From Candidatus Sericytochromatia bacterium (GTDB taxonomy: Bacteria > Cyanobacteriota > Sericytochromatia > S15B-MN24 > UBA4093), in contig JAKFCT010000046.1 in NCBI GenBank assembly GCA_036676495.1, positions 17,029 to 81,028 of the forward strand: DNA of 64,000 bases. Reading direction: 5' to 3'. Positions 1 to 9,745 of this stretch are shown here, one piece after another. How positions within the stretch are numbered: the stretch's first letter is position 1; the number at the start of each line of letters is the position of its first letter. The notes below the pieces were generated by a model, which saw only the letters and a list, made by a program, of their open reading frames with translations, searched no databases and was not told the origin of the DNA. A program made the translations under genes and the position numbers.

Positions 1-170
1 CGGGCGATCGCGGGCGGGAAGGCCCTGACCATGCGGCGCGGCGGCCGGCGCGGGCGCCGGGGCGGCATGCGGCGCCCGGTTTCAGGCGAGAAGGCGAAAA
101 GCGGCTTGGGAAGCGACTTCCAGGGCCTTGTGCAGAACGACTGAAAATGCTCTCGGTCGCCGGAAGCGGC

Positions 171-728
171 TCAGGGCGTGCGCAGGTAGAAGCGCAGGGT
201 CAGCGTCGCCCGGATCGCGTCGGCGTCCCCCTCCGCGGTCGCGATCTCGAAGACCTCGATCCCCCGCACGGGCTCAGGCGCCTCGAGCCCTCCGATGAAG
301 GCCGAGACCGCCTCGTAGGCGCCGCTCACCTCGACGTCCACCGCATGGCTAGCCAGGCCGCCACGCGGCTCCGGCGTCGGCGCGATCGTCACCTGACCCA
401 GGCGAACCCCGGTCTCGGAGGCCATCTGACCCAGCACCCTTTGGATGGCCACGGTGGCGCTCTCGCGCTGACCCAGGCTCAACGGCGCGGGCTTCGCTTC
501 CGTGGGCGCCGTCAGCGGCGCGCGCGGCTCCGGAAGCAGCGCCGCCGAAAGCTCCGCATGCGCGTGACGCGTGCTCTCCTCCAGGCTGCGCGCGCGCGCC
601 AGCCGCGTGATCAGCGGATCCACCAGCCCCATGTACAGGATCACCGCCTCGGCGAAGAAGGCGAAGGCCAGGATCAGCTTGCGGTCGCGCGCCGACATCC
701 CCGCGCGGGGCAGCTTCGGCGTGCTCAT
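171..728 (-). CDS. pilO: type IV pilus assembly protein PilO-like
   Basis: N-terminal TM, coiled coil, then 'VEVSGAYEAVSAFIGGLE' typical of PilO/GspM; ATGA overlap with the upstream pilMN gene. Confidence 0.75.
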   Translation of the reverse strand: MSTPKLPRAGMSARDRKLILAFAFFAEAVILYMGLVDPLITRLARARSLEESTRHAHAELSAALLPEPRAPLTAPTEAKPAPLSLGQRESATVAIQRVLGQMASETGVRLGQVTIAPTPEPRGGLASHAVDVEVSGAYEAVSAFIGGLEAPEPVRGIEVFEIATAEGDADAIRATLTLRFYLRTP

Positions 729-2143
729 GGCCGGAACGTCCCTTGCGGCGCGAAGACCGCCTGCAACCGGAACCGATAGACCGGCTCGCCCTGCCAGCGC
801 TCTTCCGCGACCTCCGGCACCTCGATGCCCGTCAGCGAGCGGGACCGCCCCAGCGCCTCGGCCAGGAGCAACGGAGCCTGCCGAGACAAGGCATACCCCT
901 CGATCGTCAGGCCCGCCCCCTCCCGCAACGCCGTCCGCGACAGCCAGACGTCATGCGGCGTGTCGTCCTGGAAGCGCCGGAACAGGGCGACCACCGCCTC
1001 CGAGCGCGTCATGGCCTCGCGCAGCGCCTCCTCGGACTCCCGTCGCCCGTCCGGCGCGGTGAGCTGCGCCTGCAGGACCTGGATCTCGGATTGGAGGCGC
1101 TCCGCGGCGGCCTCGTGGGCCTTCACCCGATCCGAGAGCCAGACGTTCGCCCCCAAGGCGGCGATCAGCACCATCGCGAACGCCAGCGGAATCAGCACGC
1201 CCCGCGTGACGCGAGGGCGCGGCGCCTTCAGGCGATCCGGGCGCAAGTCGAAGACGAACGGGCCTCGCTCCGGACCGTAGAGCAGCGCTCCGCGCAGCGC
1301 CACGCTTCCGCCCTCCGGCGTCGTCGACGGGAGCACCTGCGACGTCACGCCCTCCGGCATCGTGAGCGCGTCGCCCAGCGGCTCGGGCACGTCCACCAGG
1401 AAGCAGCGTCCCAGTGAGGCCGTGAGCAGGCTGCGCTGCAGTTCGAGCGTCGTCTCGGCGATCGCCAGAGGCTCGCCGTCCCGCAGCTCCGAGGCGCGAA
1501 CGTAGAGGGTGCGCCAGCTATGAAGCGCCTCGCGCTCCCAGGAGCTGACATGGATCTGCTGCGGGAAGGCCGCGATCACCCCGCAGGACTGCGGAGCCTC
1601 GCCCCCGGCGGCCAAGCCCCGCAAGAGCGCCAGGGGAGCCGGCTCGACGCTGGAAACGGCAATCCCCGCCCCCTCGAAGACCTCCACCACGCGGTCGAGG
1701 TCGTCGCGCCGCGCCGCCGCCAAGAGGACCGTGAGCGCGCTCTCGTCCGAGTCCAGCAGGCTGAAGTCGGAGGCGACCTCCGCCCCGGCGAAGACCCGGT
1801 ACCGCTCGGCTTCCGCGCGAACCGCCAGCTCCAGCTCCTCGCGAGGCGGCACGAACGGGATGGGCAAGGTCACGGTTCGGATGAGCATGCCGTCGAGAGC
1901 CAGGTGAGCATGCCGCACGGGCCGCCCGACCTGCCGGAGGCAGGCCGCGAGGGCCTCCTGCAAAGCCTGCGGGTCGTGAAGCTGGAGGCTCGAGAGATCC
2001 CCGGACGCATCCGGGCCCAGGACGCCCGGAGGAAGGGGCACGCGGATGGGAGCGACGGCCGGATCGGGCGAGCCGAGCTCGAGGCCGTCCGAGGTCAGGA
2101 CGAAACTGTAGCGCGCCTTGGAACCGAAGGGGTTGCGAAGCAT
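725..2143 (-). CDS. fused PilM-PilN (GspL-like) pilus alignment protein
   Basis: PilM-like actin-fold segments (IRTVTLP, EAERY, VLLAAARR, VEPAPLALLR), then FDLRP (PilN INLLP-like), TM and a PilN-like domain (TPHDVWLS..LTIEGYA). Confidence 0.75.
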   Translation of the reverse strand: MLRNPFGSKARYSFVLTSDGLELGSPDPAVAPIRVPLPPGVLGPDASGDLSSLQLHDPQALQEALAACLRQVGRPVRHAHLALDGMLIRTVTLPIPFVPPREELELAVRAEAERYRVFAGAEVASDFSLLDSDESALTVLLAAARRDDLDRVVEVFEGAGIAVSSVEPAPLALLRGLAAGGEAPQSCGVIAAFPQQIHVSSWEREALHSWRTLYVRASELRDGEPLAIAETTLELQRSLLTASLGRCFLVDVPEPLGDALTMPEGVTSQVLPSTTPEGGSVALRGALLYGPERGPFVFDLRPDRLKAPRPRVTRGVLIPLAFAMVLIAALGANVWLSDRVKAHEAAAERLQSEIQVLQAQLTAPDGRRESEEALREAMTRSEAVVALFRRFQDDTPHDVWLSRTALREGAGLTIEGYALSRQAPLLLAEALGRSRSLTGIEVPEVAEERWQGEPVYRFRLQAVFAPQGTFRP

Positions 2144-2146
2144 GCG

Positions 2147-3079
2147 CTACCTTTCGTGCTTGGGGAGCACGTCGACGATGACGACGTAAGGGCGCCCGGG
2201 GCCGGACTCGGACGGCGCGCGCAGCGTCATGGTCAAGGTCGCCGGAAGGGACATCCGATCCACGTACTGGAAGGAGAACGCCATCGCGACCGTCTCGCCG
2301 GGCCGTACGACCACCACGCCGTCCAGCTTCCCGAGAGATTGCTTGGTCAGTCCACCGATGTCCATCGTCGTCCCCTTGCCCTTGTCCTCGGGAGCCGTCG
2401 GCGCCCAGGCGAGGCTCACGTAATCGAACGCCACGGGAGACTCGGACGCGTTGCGGAGGTTCAAGGTCAGCTTCGGGTTCTTCGTGCTCCCGTTCGAGAG
2501 GCGGATGCTCTCATCGGTCACCTCCAGGGCGCGGACCTGGGACGCCTCGCGCATGGTGGCCGAGATCGCCGGGATGTCCCGGATCTGCGCGCCCTCCACG
2601 CTCCGCACCTGCAGCTCGGTCACGTCGATCCGGCGCATCGCGTCCCGGGTCGACGTGGGCTCGCCTTCCACCGTGAAGTAGCGGAAACCGCCCCGCAGCA
2701 CGTGGAAAGAGGCGGAGTCGACCACGTCGCTCCATGCGCTCGGTAGGGCGTCCGCCGTGGCGCTGAGGCCGCGTTGAAGTTTCTGGGCCGCGAAGCGGTA
2801 GGTCACGTAACGGTAGCTGCCCTCATGAGGCTGCTTGAGAACGAACTCCGAGCTGCTGGGAGACCTGGCGATCCCGATGGCCTTGCGGACGTCCTCGCTG
2901 AACTGGCGCAGCGCGAAGGCCATGTCCTGCTGGTTCTGCATGCCGGTCCGGTTCTCCCGGTTCAGCGTGAACACGCGCGTCCCCACGGCGCCGATCAGGA
3001 GCGCGAGCATGCTGGCGATCGCCAGCGCGATCATCAGCTCGTAAAGGGTCATGCCCCGCGAACTCCGGCCCGTCATCAC
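2147..3079 (-). CDS. minor pilin (PilW-like) with class III signal peptide and extra C-terminal beta domain
   Basis: RG|MTLYELMIALAI prepilin motif with E5. Confidence 0.8.
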   Translation of the reverse strand: MMTGRSSRGMTLYELMIALAIASMLALLIGAVGTRVFTLNRENRTGMQNQQDMAFALRQFSEDVRKAIGIARSPSSSEFVLKQPHEGSYRYVTYRFAAQKLQRGLSATADALPSAWSDVVDSASFHVLRGGFRYFTVEGEPTSTRDAMRRIDVTELQVRSVEGAQIRDIPAISATMREASQVRALEVTDESIRLSNGSTKNPKLTLNLRNASESPVAFDYVSLAWAPTAPEDKGKGTTMDIGGLTKQSLGKLDGVVVVRPGETVAMAFSFQYVDRMSLPATLTMTLRAPSESGPGRPYVVIVDVLPKHER

Positions 3080-3450
3080 ATCGTCTCCTTCGCCGTCATG
3101 GTCACCATCCGGATGAGCGGGGCAGGCTCGCCCGCCTGAAAGACCCTCACCTCGGCCCGCTTCATTCGGGTTCCTGAAGCCGAGCGCTCCAGCACGTAAT
3201 CGAGCCCGGAGGTCGCATCGACTCCCGGGAAACTGCCCAACGGCTGGTCATCGTAGGCCTTGGAACGGACCTCCCGCTCCAGGACTTGCTGAGCGACCAC
3301 CAGGGCTTGCGCCTTCTGGCCGATGGCCCGGTTCGCCTGCGAGATGCCAATCCACATCTGGGCGGTCGGCACCAGCGCGATCGAGATGATGGCCAGGGCG
3401 ATCGCCACCTCGATGAGCGAGAATCCCGCTTCTGCCCGACGCCCGCTCAT
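3076..3450 (-). CDS. minor pilin (PilV-like)
   Basis: AG|FSLIEVAIALAII prepilin motif; ATG at 3450 overlaps the upstream stop. Confidence 0.8.
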   Translation of the reverse strand: MSGRRAEAGFSLIEVAIALAIISIALVPTAQMWIGISQANRAIGQKAQALVVAQQVLEREVRSKAYDDQPLGSFPGVDATSGLDYVLERSASGTRMKRAEVRVFQAGEPAPLIRMVTMTAKETM

Positions 3451-3839
3451 TCGAACTCCCAAAGCAGAATGCTCCCCTCACTGACGAAGGCCCGCGCGCG
3501 CGCCTCGTACGTGAAGCCCGCCAGCGTGGCCCGGCCCGTGCTGGAGATCCAGAAGGGGGCGCCCTCGGGCTCGGGCGGCATCATGGTGGTCTCGTACGCG
3601 ACCGTGGGCTCCCCGGCGGCCAAGACCGTGCGAGGCAAGCCAGCCGACGCGACGAAGGTCGCGAAGACGCCGGCCTCGGCGGCGTTGATCGCCTGAAGCT
3701 TGCCGTACTCCGCCGTCACCCGGTTCGCATGGGTGATCTGCGACGAGGCGAGCATCGTGGCCGCCGCCAGAAAGAAGAAGACCACGATGGCCAGCATCAG
3801 GAGCGTGGCGCCCCGTTCTTCGTTATGGCGCCCCGACAC
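3447..3839 (-). CDS. minor pilin (PilX-like, lacks E5)
   Basis: RG|ATLLMLAIVV hydrophobic helix without E5; 'QAINAAEAGV' PilX-like motif; GGAGGTGA RBS before GTG. Confidence 0.7.
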   Translation of the reverse strand: MSGRHNEERGATLLMLAIVVFFFLAAATMLASSQITHANRVTAEYGKLQAINAAEAGVFATFVASAGLPRTVLAAGEPTVAYETTMMPPEPEGAPFWISSTGRATLAGFTYEARARAFVSEGSILLWEFE

Positions 3840-3904
3840 GGCTCACCTCCTCTAACGCTCAGGATAGCGCCTGCTTGCAGGAGGACCATCCGTTGAAATT
3901 ACCG

Positions 3905-3919
3905 CATACCCCGGGTATG
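3905..3919. promoter_or_regulatory. palindromic operator-like site between divergent pilus operons
   Basis: CATACCC-C-GGGTATG perfect 7-1-7 inverted repeat. Confidence 0.4.
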
Positions 3920-3979
3920 GTTGGGAAGTATGCTGGGCATGTTACCCGTATTCCCCAGTTTCACAGGATTTCACGGCCG

Positions 3980-5716
3980 ATGATTGAACCCGAAACCCCG
4001 CGCGGCCCTCGTTTGCGCAAGTTGGGAGAGCTGCTCGTCGACGAGGGGCTCATCGCACCCGCCCAAGTGGATCGGGCGCTCGTGGAGTCCAGGCAGACCG
4101 GCGAACCGCTCGGCAAAATCCTCCTGAAGCGCGGCTTCATCACCGAGGAGCAACTCGGAGGCGCCCTGAGCGCCCAGGCAGGGACGGATTACCTGCGGAT
4201 CGGCTCATGGCACTTCGACCGGGAGCTGATCGACCTCTTCCCCCATGACTTCCTCCAGCGCCACCAGGTCCTGCCCATGCGGGTCCACGACGGGATGCTG
4301 CAGGTGGTCATGGTCCATCCCAACGACGTGGACACGCTCGACGAGATCCGGCTGTTGACGGGCCTCAAGCCCCAGCCGGTGGTGACCACGAGCAAGGAGT
4401 TCGACGACGCCTTCGCGGTCCTGCTGAGCTCACTGCAGGGGCAGGTCTCGGAGGCGATCGCCTCGCTGCGCCAGGAAGCGACCGAAACGGCGGGCTCGGA
4501 AGCCCAGCGCCTGGCCGACGAGGTGGCGGTCGAAGACCAGCCCATCGTGCGCCTTCTCAACTCGATCCTGGCCGACGCCATCTCCCGCGGCGCCTCCGAC
4601 GTCCACCTGGAGCCCCGCGAGAAGCGCATGCGCGTCCGCCTGCGCATCGACGGCGTCATGACCGACGTGACCGAGGTCCCCAAGGACCTCGAGGCCGCCC
4701 TGGTCTCGCGCCTCAAGATCATGGCCAACATGGACATCGCCGAGCGGCGCCGCCCCCAGGACGGTCGCAGCCGCCTCGCCGTCGCCGGCAAGACCTACGA
4801 CCTGCGCATCAACCTGATCCCCAGCATCTGGGGCGAAAAGGGCGTCATCCGGATCCTCAGGCCCGCCATGCTCTTCGGCGGCATCGAAAGCCTGGGCCTC
4901 GCTCCCGAGACCTTCGCCCAGCTCAAGGCCCTGATCGAGGCCCCGCATGGCATCGTCCTCGCGACGGGCCCCACGGGCTCCGGCAAGACCACCTCGCTCT
5001 ACTCCGCCCTCTACGAGCTGAACACCCCGGATCGCAACATCGTCACCATCGAGGATCCGGTGGAGTACCCCCTGGAAGGCATCACCCAGACCCAGGTGAA
5101 CCCGAAGGCGGGCCTCTCCTTCGCCGATGCGCTGCGCTCCCTCTTGCGCCAGGATCCCGACGTGATCATGGTCGGCGAGATCCGCGACGAGGAAACCCTC
5201 CATGCCGCCGTCTTCGCCGCGCTGACCGGGCACCTGGTGCTCTCGACCATCCACACGAACGACGCGGCCAGCACTCCCACGCGCATCCTCGAAATGGGCC
5301 TTCCCGCCTACCTCATGGCCTCCTCGATCCGCGGGGTGATCGCCCAGCGGTTGGTTCGCAAGCTCTGTCCGCATTGCCGGGAAGCCTTCACGGCCGGGGA
5401 CGGCTACCCGGAGATCCTGCGCCAAGCGCCCCTTTACCGGGGCCGAGGCTGCGGGCGTTGCCGCGAGACGGGCTTCAGCGGCCGGATCGGCCTCTTCGAG
5501 ATCATGACCATGACCCCGCGCCTGCAGGAGCTGGTGGGCGAAGGCGCTCCCGCCTACCGGATCCGCGAGGCGGCCGCCCGAGAAGGCATGCTCGCGATGG
5601 CGGACGACGCCCTGCGCAAGGTCCACGAGGGGATCACCACCCCCGAGGAGGTCGCCCGGGCGCTGGGCCCCAACTGGACGGAGCAACGATGCCAAGCTTT
5701 CTCTACCGAGCCGTAG
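3980..5716 (+). CDS. pilB: type IV pilus extension ATPase PilB (GspE family) with MshEN-like N-terminus
   Basis: Walker A GPTGSGKT, TIEDPVE, LRQDPDVIMVGEIRD, His box TGHLVLSTIH, CPHC..CGRC Zn site. Confidence 0.93.
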   Translation: MIEPETPRGPRLRKLGELLVDEGLIAPAQVDRALVESRQTGEPLGKILLKRGFITEEQLGGALSAQAGTDYLRIGSWHFDRELIDLFPHDFLQRHQVLPMRVHDGMLQVVMVHPNDVDTLDEIRLLTGLKPQPVVTTSKEFDDAFAVLLSSLQGQVSEAIASLRQEATETAGSEAQRLADEVAVEDQPIVRLLNSILADAISRGASDVHLEPREKRMRVRLRIDGVMTDVTEVPKDLEAALVSRLKIMANMDIAERRRPQDGRSRLAVAGKTYDLRINLIPSIWGEKGVIRILRPAMLFGGIESLGLAPETFAQLKALIEAPHGIVLATGPTGSGKTTSLYSALYELNTPDRNIVTIEDPVEYPLEGITQTQVNPKAGLSFADALRSLLRQDPDVIMVGEIRDEETLHAAVFAALTGHLVLSTIHTNDAASTPTRILEMGLPAYLMASSIRGVIAQRLVRKLCPHCREAFTAGDGYPEILRQAPLYRGRGCGRCRETGFSGRIGLFEIMTMTPRLQELVGEGAPAYRIREAAAREGMLAMADDALRKVHEGITTPEEVARALGPNWTEQRCQAFSTEP

Positions 5717-6927
5717 ATCTCGATAGCCGCCGGCAAGTCGACGGCTTGATCGAGGCCGACGACGAGCGCGCCGCCCGCACGCAGCTGCGCGCGCGCGGGG
5801 TCCTGCCCCTGGCCGTCTCCGCGATCGCGACCGACGCCGACACCGATCCCCGGCTCCAGGCCCTGATCGAGACCCTGACCTTCCACCCCGTATCGATCAA
5901 GGATCTGGCCATCTTCACCCAGCAGCTCGCCGCCCTGGTGGAAGCCGGCATTCCCTTGATCGACGCCATGCACTTACTCGATGAGCAGGTCTCCAACCCG
6001 TCGATCCGCAAAGCCCTGGCCGTGATCCGCAAGGATCTCTTCGGGGGGATCAGCCTGAGCGAAGCGCTCACGCGGCACCCGCGCATCTTCAACCCGCTCT
6101 TCATCAACCTGGTACAGGCCGGCGAGCTCAGCGGCTCGCTGGATACGATGCTCGTGCGCCTGGCCTCGATGATCGAGGCCAGCGCCGAGCTCGAGCGCAA
6201 GGTCAAGGGCGCGCTCACCTATCCCGGCCTGCTCGCCGCCACCCTGAGCATCGTGATCATGGTGATCATGGTCTACGTGGTTCCCGGCTTCCAGGGCATC
6301 TACGCCAAGACCGGGAACGCCCTCCCGCTTCCGACCCAGGTGCTGCTGGGCATCAGCACTTTCATCCGCTCCACGTACGTCGGCATCCTCGTGGGCGCGG
6401 CGGGCCTCTACGGGGCCTACCAGGTCTATCGCCGCAGCAAGGCGGGACGGCCCGTGATCGACAGCCTCTGGCTACGCGTGCCCCTCTTCGGTCGCCTGAT
6501 CCTGGAGCAGCAGGCCAACACCTTCGCCCGGGCCTTCGGGACCGTCTACGGAGCGGGGGTGCCGATCGTCCCGGCGCTCGAAAGCTGCCGCAAGCTGATC
6601 ACGAACTGGGCGATCGGCCATCAGATCGACCTCGCCCTGGACGGCGTGCGCCTGGGACGCCCCCTGACGGCGGGGCTTTCCAACAGCGAGCAGTTCCCGA
6701 AGATCTTGGCCCAGATGATGGCCATCGGCGAATCGTCCGGCCGGCTCGAAGAGATGTGCCAGAAGGCGGTGGCCTTCTCCGACAAGGAGCTCAACCACCG
6801 CATCCAGCAGATGACCGCCATGCTCGAGCCGATGCTCACCATCGTCATGGGGCTGATCGTGGCGGGAATCGCCCTCGCGCTCTACCTGCCGATGTTCGAC
6901 CTGCCAAGCCTGCTCATCAAGGGGTAG
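5689..6927 (+). CDS. pilC: type IV pilus platform protein PilC (GspF family)
   Basis: MPSFLYRA start, FTQQLAALVEAGIPL, AGELSGSLD, GESSGRLEEM, ALYLPMF. Confidence 0.93.
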   Translation: MPSFLYRAVDLDSRRQVDGLIEADDERAARTQLRARGVLPLAVSAIATDADTDPRLQALIETLTFHPVSIKDLAIFTQQLAALVEAGIPLIDAMHLLDEQVSNPSIRKALAVIRKDLFGGISLSEALTRHPRIFNPLFINLVQAGELSGSLDTMLVRLASMIEASAELERKVKGALTYPGLLAATLSIVIMVIMVYVVPGFQGIYAKTGNALPLPTQVLLGISTFIRSTYVGILVGAAGLYGAYQVYRRSKAGRPVIDSLWLRVPLFGRLILEQQANTFARAFGTVYGAGVPIVPALESCRKLITNWAIGHQIDLALDGVRLGRPLTAGLSNSEQFPKILAQMMAIGESSGRLEEMCQKAVAFSDKELNHRIQQMTAMLEPMLTIVMGLIVAGIALALYLPMFDLPSLLIKG

Positions 6928-6934
6928 CTGCCCG

Positions 6935-6998
6935 CGTCATTCCCGCGGAAGCGGGAATCCACCTGGACTCCCGCCGTCACCCCCGTGAAAACGGGGGG
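6935..6998. repeat. CGTC-tagged REP-like palindromic repeats (dRS3-like core ATTCCC-N8-GGGAAT)
   Basis: CGTCATTCCCGCGGAAGCGGGAATCCA plus a second copy CGTCACCCCCGTGAAAACGGGGG between convergent pilC and pilQ; same element at 42318. Confidence 0.75.
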
Positions 6999-7013
6999 CG
7001 GGCGCGGCGTTCC

Positions 7014-8699
7014 TTACTCCGAGACGATCCGGGGCGTCATCATGATGACGAGCTCGGTTTGCCGGTCCTGGACGCTCGATGAGCTGAAGAGCCAACCGAG
7101 AATCGGGATGTCGCCCAAGATCGGGAACTTGTTTCGGGTGGAGATCCGGGTGGTCTGGGTGAGGCCCGCGAGGCTGAGGGTCTTACCGCTCTCCACCGTG
7201 ACCTGCTGGGCGATCAGCTCCCGCCGGCTCAACAGCGACAAGGGGTTGCCGAGGGAGTCCTTCTGGGTCTCGCGGATGGTGGAGACCGTGGGATGGAGGC
7301 GCAAGGTGACGGTGCCGTCGGCTCCGACCTTGGGAAGGATGTTGAGCGAGACGCCCGCCACGCCGTAGATGGGCTCCACCACGATGACCGTCTGGCCGTT
7401 GCCCAGGTTGAGCCCCTGGTTGGAGATGCGGGTGCCCTTGATGACCTCGTCGACGATGTTGATCTGGCTCTCGGTGTTGTCCGTCGCGATGATGGTGGGG
7501 CGGGCCAGGATCTTGGCCCGGCGGTCCTGGACCATGGCGGTGAGCTTGGCCCGCAGGGCCGTGGGGAAGAACGTGGACGAGTCGTAGCCGATCGTCCAGC
7601 CGGGATTGGACGCAGCCCCGGGCTCGAAGGTCGTGCTGACGGAGTTCTGCGTGCCCCCGGCGGTGACGCCCAGGTCGAGCGCGTCCTGCGAGGCGATCTC
7701 GATGACCTCGACGTCGATGGCGACCTGCGCCAGCTTGCGATCGAGCTGCGGGATCAGGGCCTCGGCGGCGGCCAGCGATTCCGCGGATCCCATGACGATG
7801 ACCGAGTTCGTGCGCGTATCGGGGATGGCCACGGATTGGCGGGCCTCGATCGGCATGCTCTGGGTCTGCAGCGCCCGCATGCGGACCTGAGTCTGAGTCG
7901 CGCCCATCTCCACTCCCGAGGACGTCGAGACCGCCCCGTTGCCTTCCTTGACCATCTCCTGATCCACCTGCAGGGGGACTGCTTCCGCCTTGTTGCCGTT
8001 GTTGAAGAGCGAGGCGTTGAGCAGGGAGGCGACCTGGGTGGCATGGGCGTGGCTGAGCTTGAAGATGCGATGCTCCTGGGGGCGATCCAGGGACTCGACG
8101 ATCCGCTCGGCGATGGCGATCTCGCTGGCGGAGCCCATGACGAGCACGGTGTTGGTGCGGGGATCCGCCTTGGCGAGTTCGAGGCGCTGCTGGCTTTGAG
8201 ACGACGAGGTGCCTCCGGTGAGTCCGGAGTAGGGGGCGGTGAGCGTGCTGGTGTTGAGGAACTCCGCGACCCGCGCGGAACTGGCGTGCTTCAGCTCGAA
8301 GAGGCGCACGTTGGAGGCGAGCAGGCCGCGTTCGAAGGCCTTCTTGCGGCTGATCACGGCGAAGACGTTGCCCTTCCAGTAGGCCTGGAGGCCGCCCATC
8401 GCGAAGAGGGTCTCCAGGGCGTCCCCGAGCCGGACGTCCCGGAAGTCGACGTTGACCGTCTCCTTGAGGTCATCCTCGATGACCAGGCTGATGCGGCCCT
8501 TCTGGCCGACGAGGCGGATGGCCTCCCGGAGGGGGAGGTTGGTGATGGAGACGGAGATCTTGCGCTCGAAGTCTCCGCCCTTGAAGCTGGCCGCCGGGGA
8601 AGGAGAGACGGCCGGTGAGGAGGCCAGGGCGGCCGCGGGGGGCAATCCGAGGCTGAGGGCCAGCAGCAGCGCGAGACGCAGGCGGGAGGGCGAAAGCAT
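7014..8699 (-). CDS. pilQ: secretin PilQ/GspD
   Basis: Signal peptide, N-domains (ADPRTNTVLV, PDTRTNSVIV), secretin C-terminus KFPILGDIPILGWLF..TELVIMMTPRIV. Confidence 0.92.
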   Translation of the reverse strand: MLSPSRLRLALLLALSLGLPPAAALASSPAVSPSPAASFKGGDFERKISVSITNLPLREAIRLVGQKGRISLVIEDDLKETVNVDFRDVRLGDALETLFAMGGLQAYWKGNVFAVISRKKAFERGLLASNVRLFELKHASSARVAEFLNTSTLTAPYSGLTGGTSSSQSQQRLELAKADPRTNTVLVMGSASEIAIAERIVESLDRPQEHRIFKLSHAHATQVASLLNASLFNNGNKAEAVPLQVDQEMVKEGNGAVSTSSGVEMGATQTQVRMRALQTQSMPIEARQSVAIPDTRTNSVIVMGSAESLAAAEALIPQLDRKLAQVAIDVEVIEIASQDALDLGVTAGGTQNSVSTTFEPGAASNPGWTIGYDSSTFFPTALRAKLTAMVQDRRAKILARPTIIATDNTESQINIVDEVIKGTRISNQGLNLGNGQTVIVVEPIYGVAGVSLNILPKVGADGTVTLRLHPTVSTIRETQKDSLGNPLSLLSRRELIAQQVTVESGKTLSLAGLTQTTRISTRNKFPILGDIPILGWLFSSSSVQDRQTELVIMMTPRIVSE

Positions 8700-8701
8700 G
8701 A

Positions 8702-9130
8702 TCAGAGGACTCCTTCGCGGCGGAGGTGCTTGACGATCAAGCGGCCCTTCCGGCTCCAGGTGAGCTTGTGGGGGGTAATCGCGGTGACGGCGGCGCCTTC
8801 GAGCCGATCGCCCACGCGCACGAACCAGGTGCGATCGCCATCCGAGACGGCGGCGATCGCCTCGGTCTCGTCGTAGACGATGCCGACGTAGGCGAGCCGG
8901 TCCAGGACCGTTTCCGGTGGCTTGGCAGGGATACGCGGCGCTTCTCCGAGCGACGTCCCTCCAGGCTCGGCCGGAAGCGCGGGAAGTCCGGCCGGCCCCC
9001 GGCGCGGCACGATCAACGGGCGGTAGGGATTGCGACGGCCCAAGGTCTCCTGCGGCGGCTCCGCCCGGACATGGCCCGGCAGCCCCAGCAAGACGATCGC
9101 TCCGATGATCAGGACCGAGATCCCCCGCAT
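8702..9130 (-). CDS. PilP/GspC-like pilus protein
   Basis: GRRNPYRP motif, Pro-rich linker, 'YVGIV...AIAAV...FVRVGDRL' HR domain; directly upstream of the secretin. Confidence 0.65.
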   Translation of the reverse strand: MRGISVLIIGAIVLLGLPGHVRAEPPQETLGRRNPYRPLIVPRRGPAGLPALPAEPGGTSLGEAPRIPAKPPETVLDRLAYVGIVYDETEAIAAVSDGDRTWFVRVGDRLEGAAVTAITPHKLTWSRKGRLIVKHLRREGVL

Positions 9131-9319
9131 GGCTCCGTCAATCTCCTTTGAATCGCTCCTCTTTGATTATGCCCGAGCCGACAGGCAAGTATTCCGTAGT
9201 TTCCCGTGATCCCAAGGGTTTCAAGCCTTGCTAAGCTGAAAAGGGTCGTGATAGCCTGGCTACAGACCAACCGCAGGGCTGAACTTGGCTCGTAGAGCGA
9301 ATTTTAAGGAGTCTCAAAA

Positions 9320-9670
9320 ATGAAGAAAACTCACAAGAAGGAAGCCGGCTTCACCCTGATCGAGCTGGCGCTCATCATCGCGGTGCTGGGCATCCTGGGC
9401 GCCGTGGGCGCCGTGAAGCTGGCCTCGATGACCGAGGAAGCCAAGACGGCCGCCGTGAGGACCACCCTCGCCAACGCGCGCTCGGCCTTCGCCATCGGCA
9501 TCGCGAAGGAAACCGACGGCGGCGTCACCACCGCGGACATGGCCAAGTACATGACGGGCGCCGGCACCACGACCGACACCACCATCGAGGTCGAAGGCAA
9601 GTACCTCGTCACCTTCGAGGTCGACGCGCAGAAGAACATCACCAACGTCGCCTCGGCCTCGGTCAAGTAG
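9320..9670 (+). CDS. pilA: major type IV pilin
   Basis: AG|FTLIELALIIAVLGIL motif, strong RBS TAAGGAG, own terminator. Confidence 0.85.
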   Translation: MKKTHKKEAGFTLIELALIIAVLGILGAVGAVKLASMTEEAKTAAVRTTLANARSAFAIGIAKETDGGVTTADMAKYMTGAGTTTDTTIEVEGKYLVTFEVDAQKNITNVASASVK

Positions 9671-9692
9671 TCAGCCCGCCGCCCCTAAAAGC

Positions 9693-9721
9693 AAGCTCCC
9701 GCCCTGAGGGCGGGAGCTTTT
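9693..9721 (+). terminator. intrinsic terminator after pilA
   Basis: AAGCTCCCGCCC-TGA-GGGCGGGAGCTTTT. Confidence 0.8.
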
Positions 9722-9745
9722 CTCATGGAGCGACGACGGGGCGGG

